NCBI RefSeq assembly: GCF_001194135.2
Contig: NC_068983.1
Span: forward strand, 111,178,494-111,242,493
Source of the DNA: Octopus bimaculoides
Lineage: Eukaryota
Direction: 5' to 3'
Length of the DNA stretch: 64,000 bases
Shown: piece by piece, positions 62,031 to 64,000 of the stretch
Numbering within the stretch: position 1 is the stretch's first letter
Layout: each line of letters begins with the position of its first letter
Position numbers and translations under genes: made by a program
Notes under the pieces: generated by a model
Told to the model about the DNA's origin: nothing
The model's database searches: none
The model's input: the letters and a program-made list of their open reading frames with translations, nothing else

Positions 62031-64000
62031 GTGACATTGTTGATGGACACAAATTATTTAAAAAATCAATTTAAGCGAGTGTCTTTTGCTGCAATACCAG
62101 AAAATAGAACCGTGAAGAAGCTACACGAACATTGATAGTCTAGAACGAAATTATTATTGTCCGGTACTGACTTATGACTATAATTTCAAGAGAAATTATG
62201 AAAATATGATTTCAAGTCGTAAGAGGGAAAAAGATGGATAGATAAAAAGAGAAAAGTTATCTATAGAGAGGATGAGAGAAAGAGCATCCGTATGAATTAA
62301 ATGTTATTGAAGAGAAGTAAGTAAAGCTATAAAGGAAAAAGAAGGGAAAATAAAAAGAGAAACACATATTGGGAGAGACTGACAATACAAAATTTAGAGA
62401 GTTGTTGTAAAAGTTAGGAACAGAAAGAGAAAGAGGAGCAGGTAGGAAACAAAAGATGGCGATAGAATGAGAGAGAGAAGGGAAGGAGAGAGGAGGGTAG
62501 GAAAGAAAGAGACCGGCAGAGACAGAGACAGAGAAAGCATATTTTTATTCTTACATAAGATGAGGGAGAAAACTTTTAGATATATCATCATCATCGCTTT
62601 ACGATTAACTTTTCCTCGCTTCCATGGATCGTACGAAGTTTAACGAGGCAGATTTTCTACAGCCAGATGCCTTTTTTGTGGGCAAATATTACCTGATTCT
62701 AAGCTAGATGATATTTCCCTGTGTTTAGGCATGTTTTTACAGAATATTGGAAATGAATAACATCTATTTACAACAAGTTCTTGATGTCAGGGCAAGAAGA
62801 CACAACGATACACACACAACAACAAACAAACAAGCACACACACACAATAGGCTTCTTTCATTTCTCCACACAAGGCTTAAGTCGGCCACGTTTTGTAGTA
62901 GATGAAACTTACACAATGTAGCACGCAGTAAGGCTGAACGGAAAAACCATATGATTGGGAAGCATACTTTTTAACCACACAGCCACACCTGTTCAGCTTA
63001 TATATGTATATATATATATGTTAAAAATCCTCTATTTACATAATATCGAGGTCTCTTTGTTTTGTTGTCCTTTCTATCAATGTTTCATAAATATTTATAT
63101 ATTTATGAAAAACAAGAACGAAAATGGTACTTTCTTAAAATTGAGTACATTTTAATTTTCCTTTTACATGTTTCAGTTTTTGAAAAACCTTACAAAAAAT
63201 ATGTATTAAAATGGAACGATAAAAAAAAAAAAACTATTAAGAAAATTAAGTTGAAATTAAAGTTAAGATTAACATTCTGAGAGCGGTAATTTGAGCAAAC
63301 TGTTATTTCCCAGACATAATCTAGTTGACATTTTATGAATTTTAAAAATACTTTTATTTTGACCGCTGTGATTTCTTTTCCTTTTCTTCAAACGGGAAAA
63401 TATAGCCTGAACAAAGAAAACGAGCGTTCACCCTTCTCTACACATATAATGATTTAAATTACAAATCGTCAGTCGTCGCCCAATCCGAAACCAAACAACA
63501 AATCTAATGTAGATAATATGGATCGTTTACTTGCCTATCGTCCTCATCCCCAACACAACATCCACCCCAAAACATAACAATATATCAACAATACCATTAC
63601 AACACATTCACCAGTTTAAGCTCCTGACCTCTCCCACGAACATCACGCAACCACTCCTAACGACTATATCAAAAATTCTATATCAGACATTTACGCTACA
63701 GTGACTCAAGTGTATATACAAACGCTAATATGCAGCCTAACATAAACCCCACTACGATTATTACAACTGGAATAACTTGCTAACCCTATAATGCCACGTA
63801 CGTTTTATGCATTACTTTGAACTATAGAATTACATCCTCACACTTACAGGCTATTCGTTAGCTCCACTGCGCTAGAACGAAGGAAATCACTTCATATTCA
63901 AAACTTTTTGCTTTACAAATTTTCCCTTTGCATTATTATGCACAGACTCTTGAATTTTACATTGAAAAACTTCAATGCAAAAAATCTTTTCTCTTTATTT

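Overview
AT-rich eukaryotic genomic DNA, dense in microsatellites and repeats, with nine N-gaps (2955-3048, 8673-8682, 10298-10678, 13432-13441, about 15680-15688, 32416-32666, 36568-36751, 40330-40515, 43649-44462). The tRNA-derived SINE families and the abundant (AAT)n/(ATC)n/(AC)n repeats point to a coleoid cephalopod, most likely Octopus (inference). No long intact ORF is present. The window appears to be mostly intronic sequence of an unidentified + strand protein-coding gene; candidate exons, all read by eye, lie at about 3.3, 3.7, 9.2, 16.3-16.9, 29.1, 35.8-36.0, 47.1-47.5 and 47.9 kb. Between them are transposon remnants: mariner and maT, Helitron, MITEs, Ty3/gypsy, R4/Dong, RTE, Tx1/L1, CRE-like and Penelope, plus many SINEs. 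Most interesting: (1) a ~330-bp element at 59.1-59.4 kb, with a palindromic relative at 13.1-13.6 kb, that joins a tRNA-like Pol III head, an (AAT)n spacer and a Penelope-type minimal hammerhead ribozyme, with an inverted 5' extension and a TSD; (2) a gypsy element at 17.1-19.5 kb with no tRNA PBS, whose 13-nt leader is complementary to its own LTR, as in Tf1-like self-priming; (3) an exon at 35.8-36.0 kb with two possible acceptors that open two different reading frames. No CRISPR array, rRNA or genuine tRNA gene was found.
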